Shown here piece by piece: positions 23,927 through 42,145 of a stretch of DNA of 64,000 bases. The position numbers and the translations under genes are program-made. Source of the stretch: Octopus vulgaris (Eukaryota). The stretch's first letter is position 1, and each line of letters starts with the position of its first letter. The stretch is from the NCBI GenBank assembly GCA_951406725.2, contig OX597842.1:34498310-34562309 (forward strand), read 5' to 3'. The notes beneath the pieces are model-generated. The model saw only the letters and a program-made list of their open reading frames with translations, was not told the DNA's origin and made no database searches.

Positions 23927-25680
23927 TCAGGCCATAACCCGTGGCCCCTACCTGGGACGTAGTCAGTCCACCTGTGCATACCTTCCTTCTTGTGACACTT
24001 GTGAAGACCTGTTGAGGCAAGTGAAAATCAAATCAAATCAAAACAAATCAAAATAGATGAACATCGATGGAACTTGTATCTTTGTGGTACCAGTGCCGGT
24101 GGCACACAAGAAAACCATCCGAACGTGGCGGTAGCCACTACCGCATCGACTGGCCTCCGTGCTGTGGGCACATAACAAACAACATCCGATCGTGGCCGTT
24201 CGCCAGCCTCATCTGGCACCTGTGTCGTTGGCACATAAAAACACCATCCGAAGACCCGGCAAGACTAGTCAGGCCATAACCCGTGGCCCCTACCTGGGAC
24301 GTAGTCAGTCCACCTGTGCATACCTTCCTTCTTGTGACACTTGTGAAGACCTTTTGAGGCAAGTGAAAATCAAAACAAATCAAAATAGATGAACATCAAT
24401 GGAATTTGTATCTTTGTGATACCAGTGCCGGTGGCACACAAGAAAACCATCCGAACGTGGCCGTAGCCAGTACCGCATCGACTGGCCTCCGTGCTGTGGG
24501 CACATAACAAACAACATCCGATCGTGGCCGTTCGCCAGCCTCATCTGGCACCTGTGTCGGTGGCACATAAAAACACCATCCGAAGACACGGCAAGACTAG
24601 CCTCATCTGGCACCTGTGTCGGTGTCACATAAAAACACCATCCGAAGACCCGGCAAGACTAGTCAGGCCATAACCCGTGGCCCCTACCTGGGACGTAGTC
24701 AGTCCACCTGTGCATATATCTTCCTTCCTTCCTTCTTGTGACACTTACCTTCCTTCCTTCCTTCTTGTGACACTTGTGAAGACCTGTTGATGCAAGTGAA
24801 AATCAAATCAAAGCAAATCAAAATAGATGAACATCAATGGAATTTGTATCTTTGTGGTGCCGGTGGCACACAAGAAAACCATCCAAATGTGGCGGTAGCC
24901 AGTACCGCATCGACTGGCCTCCGTGCTATGGGCAAGTAACAAACACCATCCGATCGTGGCCGTTTGCCAGCCTCATCTGGCAACTGTGTCGGTGGCACAT
25001 AAAAACACCATCCGAAGACCTGGCAAGACTAGTCAGGCCATAACCCGTGGCCCTACCTGGGACATAGTCAGTCCACCTGTGCATACCTTCCTTCTTGTGA
25101 CACTTGTGAAGACCTTTTGAGGCAAGTGAAAATCAAAACAAATCAAAATAGATGAACATCAATGGAATTTGTATCTTTGTGATACCAGTACGGTGGCACT
25201 CAAGAAAACCATCCGAACGTGGCCGTAGCCAGTACCGCATCGACTGGCCTCCGTGCTGTGGGCACATAACAAACACCATCCGATCGTGGCCGTTCGCCAG
25301 CCTCATCTGGCACCTGGCACATAAAAACACCATCCGAAGACCCGGCAAGACTAGTCAGGCCATAACCCGTGGCCCCTACCTGGGACGTAGTCAGTCCACC
25401 TGTGCATACCTTCCTTCCTTCTTGTGACACTTGTGAAGACCTGTTGAGGCAAGTGAAAATCAATCAAAACAAATCAAAATAGATGAACATCAATGGAATT
25501 TGTATCTTTGTGGTACCAGTGCCGGTGGCACACAAGAAAACCATCCGAACGTGGCCGTAGCCAGTACCACATCGACTGGCCTTCGTGCTGCGGTCACATA
25601 ACAAACACCATCCGATCGTGGCCGTTCGCCAGCCTCATCTGGCACCTGTGTCGGTGGCACATAAAAACACCATCCAAGCG
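23916..25680 (+). repeat. Tandem ~340-bp repeats of the RTE 3'UTR (5 units)
   Basis: GGCAAGACTAGTCAGGCCATAACCCG at ~23916, 24258, 24652, 25022 and 25344. Confidence 0.9.
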
Positions 25681-26005
25681 TGGCCGTCTGCCAGCCTCGT
25701 CTGGCACCTGTGTCGGTGGCACATAAAAAACACCATCCGAGCGTGGCCGTTCGCCAGCCTTGTCTGGCACCTGTGTCGGTGGCACATAAAATCACCCACT
25801 ACACTCTCGGAGTGGTTGGCGTTAGGAAGGGCATCCAGCTGTAGAAACACTGCCTGATCTGACTGGCCTGGTGCAGCCTTCGGGCTCCCCAGACCCCAGT
25901 TGAACCGTCCAACCCATGCTAGCATGGAAAACGGACGCTAAATCAATGATGATGATGATGATGATACATACATGCATAGAATGTATATATATCTATCTAT
26001 CTATC

Positions 26006-26048
<43 letters not shown>

Positions 26049-26117
26049 AGATAGATAGATATATAGATAGATAGATAAATATAGATATATATAAATACAT
26101 ATGCATACATAATATAT

Positions 26118-28916
26118 GAACTTATAACCACCAATCTGCTTTGCTTTCCTTTTTCTTTCTCTATGCCACCCTAAAAACATCGCCATTCCCGCCCGTTTCT
26201 CTAAAGTACCTTCAATCCTTTAATTCGATCTTCACCATTCACTATCATTTCTTCTTCCGACTCACAGCGATGTCTATTAGCAAGCTAAGAAGATTTCTCC
26301 CTTCTTTTTCATACATACATACATTTGTCTACCGTTTAAATGTCTTGAACTTATAACCACCAATCTGCTTTGCTTTCCTTTTTCTTTCTCTATGCCACCC
26401 TAAAAACATCGCCATTCCCGCCCGTTTCTCTAAAGTACCTTCAATCCTTTAGTTCGATCTTCATCATTCGTTATCATTTCTTCTTCCGACTCACAGCGAT
26501 GTCTATTAGCAAGCTAAGAAGATTTCTCCCTTCTTTTTCATACATACATACATTTGTCTACCGTTTAAATGTTTTGAACTTATAACCACCAATCTGCTTT
26601 GCTTTCCTTTTTCTTTCTCTATTCCACCCTAAAAACATCGCCATTCCCGCCCGTTTCTCTAAAGTACCTTCAATCCTTTAATTCGAACTTCACCATTCAC
26701 TAACATTTCTTCTTCCGACTCACAGCGATGTCTATTAGCAAGCTAAGAAGATTTCTCCCTTCTTTTTCATACATACATACATACATTTGTCTACCGTTTA
26801 AATGTTTTGAACTTATAACCACCAATCTGCTTTGCTTTCCTTTTTCTTTCTCTATGCCACCCTAAAAACATCGCCATTCCCGCCCGTTTCTCTAAAGTAC
26901 CTTCAATCCTTTAATTCGATCTTCATCATTCGCTATCATTTCTTCTTCCGACTCACAGCGATCTCTATTAGCAACCTAAGAAGATTTCTCCCTTCTTTTT
27001 CATACATACATACATTTGTCTACCGTTTAAATGTTTTGAACTTATAACCACCAATCTGCTTGCTTTCCTTTTTCTTTCTCTATTCCACCCTAAAAACATC
27101 GCCATTCCCGCCCGTTTCTCTAAAGTACCTTCAATCCTTTAATTCGATCTTCACCATTCACTAACATTTCTTCTTCCGATTCACAGCGATGTCTATTAGC
27201 AAGCTAAGAAGATTTCTCCCTTCTTTTTCATACATACATACATACATTTGTCTACCGTTTAAATGTTTTGAACTTATAACCACCAATCTGCTTTGCTTTC
27301 CTTTTTCTTTCTCTATGCCACCCTAAAAACATCGCCATTCCCGCCCGTGTCTCTAAAGTACCTTCAATCCTTTAATTCGATCTTCACCATTTGCCACCCT
27401 AAAAACATCGCCATTCCCGCCCGTTTCTCTACAGTACCTTCAATCCTTTAATTCGATCTTCACCATTTGCCACCCCTAAAAACATCGCCATTCCCGCCCG
27501 TTTCTCTAAAGTACCTTCAATCCTTTAATTCGATCTTCACCATTCACTATCATTTCTTCTTCCGACTCACAGCGATGTCTATTACCAAGCTAAGAAGAAT
27601 TCTCCCTTCTTTTTCATTCATACATACATTTGTCTACCGTTTAAATGTTTTGAACTTATAACCACCAATCTGCTTTGCTTTCCTTTTTCTTTCTCTATGC
27701 CACCCTAAAAACATCACCAATCCCGCCCGTGTCTCTAAAGTACCTTCAATCCTTTAATTCAATCTTCACCATTTGCCACCCTAAAAACATCGCCATTCCC
27801 GCCCGTTTCTCTAAAGTACCTTCAATCCTTTAATTCGATCTTCACCATTTGCCACCCTAAAAACATCGCCATTCCCGCCCGTTTCTCTAAAGTACCTTCA
27901 ATCCTTTAATTCGATCTTCACCATTCACTATCATTTCTTCTTCCGACTCACATCGATGTCTATCAGCAAGCTAAGAAGATTTCTCCCCTCTTTTACATAC
28001 ATACATACATTTGTCTACCGTTTAAATGTTTTGAACTTATAACCACCAATCTGCTTTGCTTTCCTTTTTCTTTCTCTATGCCACCCTAAAAACATCGCCA
28101 TTCCCGCCCGTTTCTCTAAAGTACCTTCAATCCTTTAATTCGATCTTCACCATTTGCCACCCTAAAAACATCGCCATTCCCGCCCGTTTCTCTAAAGTAC
28201 CTTCAATCCTTTAATTCGATCTTCACCATTCACTATCATTTCTTCTCCGACTCACAGCGATGTCTATTACCAAGCTAAGAAGAATTCTCCCTTCTTTTTC
28301 ATTCATACATACATTTGTCTACCGTTTAAATGTTTTGAACTTATAACCACCAATCTGCTTTGCTTTCCTTTTTCTTTCTCTATGCCACCCTAAAAACATC
28401 ACCAATCCCGCCCGTGTCTCTAAAGTACCTTCAATCCTTTAATTCGATCTTCACCATTTGCCACCCTAAAAACATCGCCATTCCCGCCCGTTTCTCTACA
28501 GTACCTTCAATCCTTTAATTCGATCTTCACCATTTGCTACCCTAAAAACATCGCCATTCCCGCCCGTTTCTCTAAAGTACCTTCAATCCTTTAATTCGAT
28601 CTTCACCATTCACTATCATTTCTTCTTCCGACTCACATCGATGTCTATTAGCAAGCTAAGAAGATTTCTCCCCTCTTTTACATACATACATACATTTGTC
28701 TACCGTTTAAATGTTTTGAACTTATAACCACCAATCTGCTTTGCTTTCCTTTTTCTTTCTCTATGCCACCCTAAAAACATCGCCATTCCCGCCCGTTTCT
28801 CTAATGTACCTTCAATCCTTTAATTCGATCTTCACCATTTGCCACCCTAAAAACATCGCCATTCCCGCCCGTTTCTCTAAAGTACCTTCAATCCTTTAAT
28901 TCGATCTTCACCATTC
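26118..28916. repeat. Satellite array, 229-233-bp unit with extra 76-bp sub-repeats
   Basis: GAACTTATAACCACCAATCTGC recurs; the GCCACCCTAAAAACATCG...TTCACCATTT sub-unit is duplicated or triplicated in later units. Confidence 0.97.
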
Positions 28917-29389
28917 GCGGTGCGCCCGCCCTTACCACCCCCACCACCAATACCAGTGAACACTGTTCTCCCGCCCTTTCTCACCCCCACCACCAATACC
29001 GGTGAACACTGTTGTCCCGCCCTTTCCCACCCCCACCACCAATACCGGTGAACACTGTTCTCACTGTTCACACCATCTACACCGGATATGCCCTCCCTCA
29101 CCACCATTATGTGTGTCTCTCCCTCCTACCCCTCCTCCTCCATGCTTTCACTGTGTGTTACCCCCCACCTACACAAGCAGCTAGCGCCGCAGCTCATCAA
29201 CCCCCCCCACCTATCCTACGTTTCCTCCTGTTTTGAAACTGTCACTGCCTCAACCGGCTATCTCCTTCCAGTCCCCTCCCCCACTCGTGAAGTCCTACGT
29301 TCTATTTCCTACGAACCTGCATCAACCCTTGCTGTCATCGTTCCTCACCCCAACCCTCCCCACTGGTGCTTCCCTATATTACCTGCACC

Positions 29390-29700
29390 CCTAAAAAGCA
29401 CCATCCGAACGTAACTGATGCCAGCGCCGCCTTGGCTGGCTTCCGTGCCGCTGGCACGTTAAAAGCTCGAACCGATCGTGATCGATGCCAGACCCACCCT
29501 GGCACCTGTGCAGGTGGCACGTAAAAAGCACCCACTCCACTCGCGGAGTGGTTGGCGTTAGGAAGGGCATCCAGCCGTAGAAACACTGCCAGATCTGACT
29601 AAGCCTAATGAAGCCTTCCAGCTTCACAGACCCCAGTTGAACCGTCCAACCCATGCTAGCATGGAAAACGGACGCTAAATGATGATGATGATGATGATGA
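29390..29700 (+). mobile_element. RTE-family 3' end fragment with (GAT)n tail
   Basis: Matches the RTE terminus at ~25720-25965. Confidence 0.85.
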
Positions 29701-29908
29701 CATACACACATATACATACATATACACATATACATATATATATACATGTATATACATATATACATATACACATATACATATATATGTATATATATATATA
29801 CATATACACACACACATATATATATACATTTTTTATATATATATATACATATACATACATATATTTATAAATATATTATCATTATATATATATATATGTA
29901 TGTATATA

Positions 29909-29960
<52 letters not shown>

Positions 29961-30582
29961 ATATATAATATATATATATATACTAACTATACTACTCAAA
30001 ACACCATACCTTCCCACTGCTTCCCCCAAAGAAGGTGTCTATACGTGTTTAAAGTGATGAAGTATGTGTGTATACATCCATAATATGTGCATGTATGTGT
30101 ATATATATGTGTGTGTGTGTGTGTGTGTGAAAGACATCTCAATTTATGGGGAGTGTTTTCCTTGCGCATGGGATCATAGTGCCCTCACATTGGCACTTGA
30201 TAGCTTGTCCTGGCTTGTCTCTGGATCATGTCAACAGGGTGCAAAGGATGAGTGAGGATTTAATATTCTCGGTTGTACGATCGCTAGATAAGAGTCATTT
30301 ACGATACTCGGTCAATTAGGAGGGCCCTGCGGCATGCATGAAGGCCACAGCTGCGAATCCGAATAAAGCTGACCATGAACACAATACTACTTAGAACTGT
30401 CCTTGCAGAAATTTCGCATGGTAGTTGGTCAGTGATGGCCTTTTTTACTCATGAGTGGATAGCCATCGTCATCATCACCATATATACATAAATACATATA
30501 TACATACACGAACAATTCATGTTTACATATATACATAACTACAAACAATCATACATACACGTATAAAACCAAATACACGTAT

Positions 30583-30639
<57 letters not shown>

Positions 30640-31282
30640 TATCTGTGCAAACATAAACATCAACATACTTAAATACAAATACAACTGTACATATACACCC
30701 ACATACATTCATACACACGTATTTATATCCATATATGTACATATACATAGCTATCTGCGTAACTGCTATTTCTTACACAATGAAACACTCATTCACCTGG
30801 TGAGTCACTATTTCTTTTCTTTAACAATTCTAAAGAAATTCTAAAATATCTCAATTTATTGTCATTAAATTTCTTATCCCTATTCAAATCTTAGGTCAAC
30901 CTTTTGCGTCAATTTAGAAACACGCAGGTATGAATGTATGTGGGTGTATGTATTTAGAAAGAATAGGTAAGACCGAAATATGTATACACTCACACCTATC
31001 CATCAATTCATCTATCTGTCTATACATACATGCATATACTCATATATACATATATATATAGATTGAATATAAGTATATAATTAGGGGATATGTTAACCTT
31101 GTGAAGGGATGGTTGCATTTAAGGAAACACTGGTTGAATACCTATTATTTTTGGGCAATGAACTACCCTTAAAACAATAGGTATATATTAAGAATATAGT
31201 TTATATCCATTTCAAAAAAGAAAAGAAAATGGAGATAAGGAAGTTGATAATTGTTTATTGCTTACAAAGTGGTCATCTTCGC

Positions 31283-31368
31283 TGCTTACAATTGTTTCAA
31301 TAAATTAATTACAAATTTGTAAATTAATTTTACATTTATGTGACATGAGTGTAATTTCATCAGAGAAA
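31283..31368 (-). ncRNA. Hammerhead ribozyme-like motif (Penelope type), possibly decayed
   Basis: Minus strand: CT-CTGATGA(31363-31357)-long AT-rich hairpin-GAA-ACAATTGT (palindrome)-A-AG. Stem I is short. Confidence 0.5.
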
Positions 31369-31441
31369 AAAAGCTGCTCCTTTTGATGTTATATATGGAC
31401 CCATCTTTTTTCCTTTTAAATGGATATAAACTGTGTGTGTT

Positions 31442-31483
<42 letters not shown>

Positions 31484-31569
31484 CATACATACATACATAT
31501 GTATGTATATATATATTTCTGTGTGTATGTATATGTATATATCCGTACATGTCTCTCATTGGACACTAA

Positions 31570-31900
31570 ACTTCGCTTGTGAGGACCTGTTGAGGCAAGT
31601 GAAATCAAATTCGTTGAGATGACCGATGATAGCACCGCCTGCCTGGCAACAACGCCAGTTGATTACTAAAAGCACCATCCAAGCATGAACGTTGCCAGTA
31701 CCGCTGTACTGGCTCCTGTTCAGGTGGCATATAAAAAACACCATTTGAGTTTGGCTATTGGCAGTACCACATGACTGGCCTCCGTGCTGTTGGCACGTAA
31801 AAGCACCCATTTCACTCTTGGACTGGTAGATATTAGGAGGGGATCCAGCGGTAGAAACCCTACCTGATCAGACACGAGCCTGGTGCAGCCTTCTGGCCAG
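31570..31900 (+). mobile_element. Diverged RTE 3'UTR fragment
   Basis: CTTGTGAGGACCTGTTGAGGCAAGTGAAATC and TGGCACGTAAAAGCACCC motifs shared with the RTE 3'UTR. Confidence 0.75.
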
Positions 31901-32400
31901 GATCTTCCAGATATATATTACTGCATACTTCTTCTGTCCTCTCTCCAGAGAGTAGAGTCTTAAGTGTTTCAACCTTTCCCAGTAGCTGAGCTGTTGCAAA
32001 GAGTCGATCTTCTTTGTGAATCTTCTCTGGATTGCTTCAAGGTCCGCTGTTAATTTCACACTGGTGGGTGACCATAGCTGTGAGCAGTAATTCAGGTAGC
32101 TAAGGATGAATGTTCGCCAGTGGACCATCATGGTTTCCTTTTCTCTGGTTCGGAATGTTCTTAGGATCCATCCAGCCAGTCGTCTGCACTTTGTCACCAT
32201 CCTGGTATTGAGCACTTGGAAAGAGGTATCACCACTCATGTCTATACCCAGGTCCCTCACTGACTTAGGCTCTGGGACTAAAATTCCCTGTGGACCAGTG
32301 TACCCTTTAAGTTAGGTTTTGATACTGGTGGCGCAGGGCTTGGAATTTTTCGGCATTAAACTGCATATTATTATCCTCAGCCAATCTGTAATTGGAGTTC
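31900..32400 (-). mobile_element. Degraded CR1/Jockey-group LINE fragment (post-RT region)
   Basis: RDLGIDMS...WILRTF...LNYCSQLWSP...LEAIQRRFTK...LSYWERLKHLRLYSLE. Confidence 0.85.
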
Positions 32401-32431
32401 AACTCCTGCTGCTTATACATATACCTATAGA

Positions 32432-32561
<130 letters not shown>

Positions 32562-32717
32562 TACATAAATAGATAGATAGATAAATATAGATAGATATAT
32601 ACATATACATACATAATATATATATACACACAATATATATGTATATATAGAATGTATACACAATATATATATATGAAATAATTATATATAGACACACACA
32701 CACAAATATATATATAC

Positions 32718-32753
<36 letters not shown>

Positions 32754-32778
32754 TTATGATCTAAAATGTGCATTTATA

Positions 32779-32809
<31 letters not shown>

Positions 32810-33329
32810 GTTTTATGATCTAAAATGCTCCAGCTAGGGCGTGGTTTAACAAATCTTACGAAATTGGACAATATTCATTATTGAATAGAAATCTAATCTG
32901 TTTCACCTCTAAATATTTAACTTCCTAAGTAAAGCGGCAACGTGACTTAACTATGAAAATGAGAGGGAGAGACTAAGAGTGAGAGGGGGAGGGAGAGAGA
33001 GGCAGACAGACAGGCAGAGGGTGGGGGCAATAAAGTATAGAGAGATATAACAACACAACTAAAAAATATCGGACAATGATTTTAACAAATGAAAGAAAAG
33101 GCAGACACTGACATATATTTGGTTGAGTGTATATAATACATATATACATGTATATATATATATATGTGAGTGTGTGTGTGTGTATACATATATTTACATG
33201 TATATCTTTAAATACAGATATATATATATACATACATAATATATATATATACAAACAATATATATATGAAATAGATGTATATACATATATTTACATTTAT
33301 GTCTATATATATGTGTATGCATGTGTGTG

Positions 33330-33367
<38 letters not shown>

Positions 33368-33469
33368 TAGATAGTTAGATAGATAGATAGATAGATACGT
33401 AGATAGACACAGAGACAGACAGATAGATATACATATATATATATAGAAGGTGGGCCGCTCATATACACA

Positions 33470-34090
33470 ACAAAGTTAACATGGTCAGCAGAATGTGTTC
33501 CTGGATTCTCAGAACTTTCCAGTCGAGAGATATCCTGATATCCTCACCATTATCCTTCTCTTCTCTACTTTTGCCTGACCCCTCTTTCAATACAGTTGTC
33601 CACTGTGGTCTCCCCTCACAGAACAAATTCCCATGAAACTTGAAGCACCCCAAAGGTCAATTACAAAAGTGACAGTCCTTGACCATTGGAGTCGTCGACT
33701 AGAAAAGCTAAAGCTTTATTCTCTTCGATGTCGTCATGAGCGCTGTATCATCTGCATGATGTTGAAAATATTCCAGCAGCATTTCCCGAATTATGCTGGC
33801 ATCTCCTTTAAGATATACCCAAGACTTCTGCCCCATGCGATCGACCAACCACATAAATCCCACTTGCATCTCATAATAACAATTTGGCACACTTATTTCA
33901 TATCAAGTGGCCCCACTTTCTTTAACATGATATCAAAACACATTAAAGCAGAAACAGACCCCATAAAGTTCAAGAAGTCTCTGGAAAAATTCCATCAAAA
34001 AATCTCGAATAAACTTCGTTCACCAAGATATGTCTCTGTAAACTATAACTCTCCACTTGGGTGGGACATGGAGTCCGAAATCTGATTTGA
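33470..34090 (+). mobile_element. Degraded CR1/Jockey-group LINE fragment
   Basis: CSWILRTF...LEAPQRSITK...RLEKLKLYSL...ERCII. Confidence 0.7.
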
Positions 34091-34129
34091 CAAACATCGC
34101 CAGTTGTATATATATATAAATAAAATAAT

Positions 34130-36265
34130 AATAATATTAATAATAATTGTGTACAGTGCTCAGGCGCACTACAACTCATCTAAAGTGTATATATAATCAG
34201 GTGTAGTTTCGGTGGATTTCGGAAAGCATGAGGGCATTAAAGGATGCAGTGTCATGGCAGTCAACAACTGACGCAGGCATTTTATTCCATGTTTCAGCAA
34301 ATCTGAGCGTGAAAAAATGTTTCCGAAAGTCATGGGAGCTGTGTTGTTTTCTGACTTTGTAGGCATGTCCACGTGTGTTAGACACATGGAGATCAAAAAG
34401 GTGTTCCGTGTTGTTGTTGGTGAGGTGGTTGATAACATTGTGGGTATTTACCAAGTCCGTTGCCAGACGCCGGAGCTTCAGTGAATCCATGCCCAGGGAA
34501 ACAAGGCGCTCAGAATATGGTAGGTGTCTGATGGAGGGTATGCGTTTGGTTGCACGTCTCTGGACAGATTCCAGGAGGTCAATGTTCTGAGCAAGATAGG
34601 GGTTCCAAACTAATGATGCAAAATCCAAGTGTGGTCGTACCATAGCTGTATACAGTTTTAAATAGATGGCTGGAGAGCGGCTAACAAAAGTCTTGCTGAG
34701 TGATGCCAAGACACCCTCGGCCTTCTTGACAATTTTAGAGATATGCTTTGTCCAACGCAAATCACTGCTGACAGTGATGCCTAGGTCACGCTCGCAAGAG
34801 GATTTCTTGATATCAGTGTTGTGGAGGGAGTATGTGGACGCAGGGTTTTTTCTCCCAAAATGTATGGTGATACACTTGTCCACAGCCAGTTTCAGTTGCC
34901 AGTCTGTGATCCATTGCTGCATTGTGTCTAGGTCTGATTGCAGGAAAGAGTTGTAGACATCAGGATCTGTCCTCTTGATTTCAAGGTACAGCTTGATGTC
35001 GTCTGCATATTTCAATACTGTGGCATTCTTTAAATTGGCATCTATGTCATTAATGTATGCCACAAACAAGAGGGGACCAAGGACAGATCCCTGTGGTACA
35101 CCCGATGACATCTCATATGGTGTAGAATGCTGTCCTAGAACTGTGACTACCTCCTTTCGGCTGAGAATGAAGGATTTCAACCAGTTAAAAAGGTCATCCC
35201 TCACACCCATTGCAGAGAGTTTTACCATAAGCCTTTTGTATGGCAGAGAGTTGAAAGCCTTAGCAAAGTCAAGGTAGACAACATCCACCCATGAGCCACT
35301 GTCAGTGATCTGAGTAATGTCCTCAAGGAACTCGACAAGCTGATCACTGCAGCTGGAGTTAGGGACAAATCCATATTGTGAGGGTCGGATGAGACTGTGA
35401 GAGCTCCAGAAGTTCCAGAGTGTTTCTCTGATACACGATTTCATTAGTTTTGCAATACAGCTAGTGAGACTGACAGTGCGATAGTTGACAGGTGATGTGC
35501 GGTCGCCCTTTTTGAACAGAGGAATGACACTGGCGGTTTTCCACTGCTCCGGAGTAGCACCATTGTTGAGACAGTACCGGAAGAAAATAGAAAGCTGGTG
35601 TAAAAGGAAGTACCTGCCACGTTTGAGAAGCAGGTATGTAACTCCATCAAGACCAGGGGAGGCATAGTTTGGCTTATTTTGAAAGCGACGTCGCAGCACT
35701 GCAGGTGTAAATTCCATAATTGTTCTGGAATTTGCTGTTAGTGATGGTGATGATGGTACATTTTGACTTTCAACAGTGAATATATTTGCATAGCACTCGG
35801 CAATGAGTTCTGCGAATTCCTTGGGGTCGTCAGTGATCTGGTTTGTGTGAGGGTTGCGAAGAGGGCCCACTGGAGAGTGAGGTCTCTGCTTCCAATGCAC
35901 ATATTTCCAGAAAACCTCGCTGTCAGGATTGGCTGCTATGCACTGTTCAAATTCAAGCACTGCTTTTTATGTCACTTGCTTGAGATGGTTGGAAGATTTA
36001 TTCCGCTTTTTCCTGTCGGTGTCTGATTTATGCAACTTGTATTCCCATTCAGCAGTCCGACGTTCCTTCCTGGCAAGTCGGACCGCTGAAGTCTCCCAAA
36101 TTGCTCTTTTGTGGCGGTTCTTCTTTTTCTGTTTACGTGGCACTGATGCTGCACATGCTGCCCATATTGAGTCCGGGATACTCTTGTGTATACTATTCAC
36201 ATCTCCAGAGTTGTAGAAATCACGCCAGTTTGGGTGCTGTAGTTCAGTGTGGTACAGGTTCCAAT
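34130..36265 (-). mobile_element. 5'-truncated CR1-type LINE with an open 587-aa RT/C-terminal frame (34197-35960)
   Basis: SPGLDG, PLFKKG, NYR, QYGF, YLDFAKAF, GVPQGSVLGP, YADD, ERDLG, VQRRATK; (ATT)n tail. In-frame TAA at ~35967; no endonuclease domain. Confidence 0.92.
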
Positions 36266-36349
36266 CAAGTGTATATAAACACATATACAAATATACATAC
36301 ATATATATATATACGTACAACTTCTGCTGCATATACATATACCTATAGA

Positions 36350-36384
<35 letters not shown>

Positions 36385-36431
36385 CATGCATAGAATGTAT
36401 ATATATCGATATATATATTTATATATATATC

Positions 36432-36500
<69 letters not shown>

Positions 36501-36553
36501 TTAGATAGATAGGTAGATAGATATAGATATATATATATACATATATATACATA

Positions 36554-40765
<4,212 letters not shown>

Positions 40766-40910
40766 CAGGTTCCAATCAAGTGTATATAAACACATATACA
40801 AATATACATACATATATACATATACGTACAACTTCTGCTGCATATACATATACCTATAGACTTATATATATATATATATATACATGCATAGAATGTATAT
40901 ATATCGATAT

Positions 40911-40977
<67 letters not shown>

Positions 40978-41009
40978 TAGATATAGATATATATACATAT
41001 ATATACATA

Positions 41010-41014
<5 letters not shown>

Positions 41015-41069
<55 letters not shown>

Positions 41070-41781
41070 TGTGTACAGTGCTCAGGTGCACTACAACTCA
41101 TCTACAGTGTATATATAATCAGGTGTACTTTCGGCGGATTTCGGAAAGCATGAGGGCCTTAAATGATGCAGTGTCATGGCAGTCAACAACTGACGCAGGC
41201 AGTTTATTCCATGCTTCAGCAACTCTGAGCGTGAAAAAATGTTTCCGAAAGTCATGGGAGCTGTGTTGTTTTCTTACTTTGTAGGCATGTCCACGTGTGT
41301 TAGACACATGGAGATCAAAAAGGTGTTCAGTGTTGTTGTTGGTGAGGTGGTTGATAAAATTGTGGGTATTTACCAAGTCCGTTGCCAGACGCCGGAGCTT
41401 CAGTGAATCCATGCCCAGGGAAACAAGGCGCTCAGAATATGGTAGGTGTCTGATGGAGGGTATGCGTTTGGTTGCACGTCTCTGGACAGATTCCAGGAGG
41501 TCAATGTTCTGAGCAAGATAGGGGTTCCAAACTGATCTTGCGAATTCCAAGTGTGGTCGTACCATAGCTGTATACAGTTTTAAATAGATGGCTGGAGAGC
41601 GGCTAACAAAAGTCTTGCTGAGTGATGCCAAGACACCCTCGGCCTTCTTGACAATTTTAGAGATATGCTTTGTCCAACGCAAATCACTGCTGACAGTGAT
41701 GCCTAGGTCACGCTCGCAAGAGGATTTCTTGATATCAGTGTTGTGGAGGGAGTATGTTGACGCAGGGTTTTTCTCCCAAAA
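41015..41781 (-). mobile_element. Third, shorter CR1-type LINE 3' fragment
   Basis: Matches 34145-34860; (ATT)n tail. Confidence 0.9.
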
Positions 41782-41980
41782 TGCATGTATATATATATGT
41801 ACACACAATATATATATATATATAGAATGTATACACAATATATATATGAAATAATTATATATACACACACATATATATATACACACAATATATATATATG
41901 CGTGCATGTATATATATATATATATATTATATATATATATATATACATATACATGCATATTTATGTGTGTGTATATATAC

Positions 41981-42145
41981 TCTTTTACTCTTTTACTTGT
42001 TTCAGTCATTTGACTGCGGCCATGTTGGAGCACCGCCTTCAATCGAACAACTCGACCCCGAGACTTATTCTCTTGTAAGCCCAGTACTTAATCTATCGGT
42101 CTGTTTTGCCGAACCGCTAAGTAACGGGGACATAAACAGAGGGTG
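41981..42145 (-). mobile_element. SINE 3' half
   Basis: CTCTTTTACTTGTTTCAGTCATTTGACTGCGGCCATG...GAACCGCTAAG. Confidence 0.8.

Larger units (their letters stand above)
20588..25965 (+). mobile_element. Near-full-length RTE-clade LINE, copy 1
   Basis: APE motifs (GTLNV, IQE, SAYAP, GDFN, QIDY, HRLV), RT motifs (QFGF, FVDLEKAFD, GVHQGSVLSP, YADD), amplified 3'UTR, (GAT)n tail. The 5' boundary is approximate. Confidence 0.95.
14581..28916. repeat. Segmental duplication copy 1 (~14 kb)
   Basis: Colinear with sequence from 43437 onward: CR1 3' end, unique spacer, (CATA)n, SINE remnants, RTE, satellite. Confidence 0.95.

Noticed and set aside
26118-28916. Hammerhead or structural RNA gene within the ~235-bp satellite
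   Set aside because: No CTGANGA/GAAA core, Pol III boxes or recognisable snRNA/5S sequence found on either strand.
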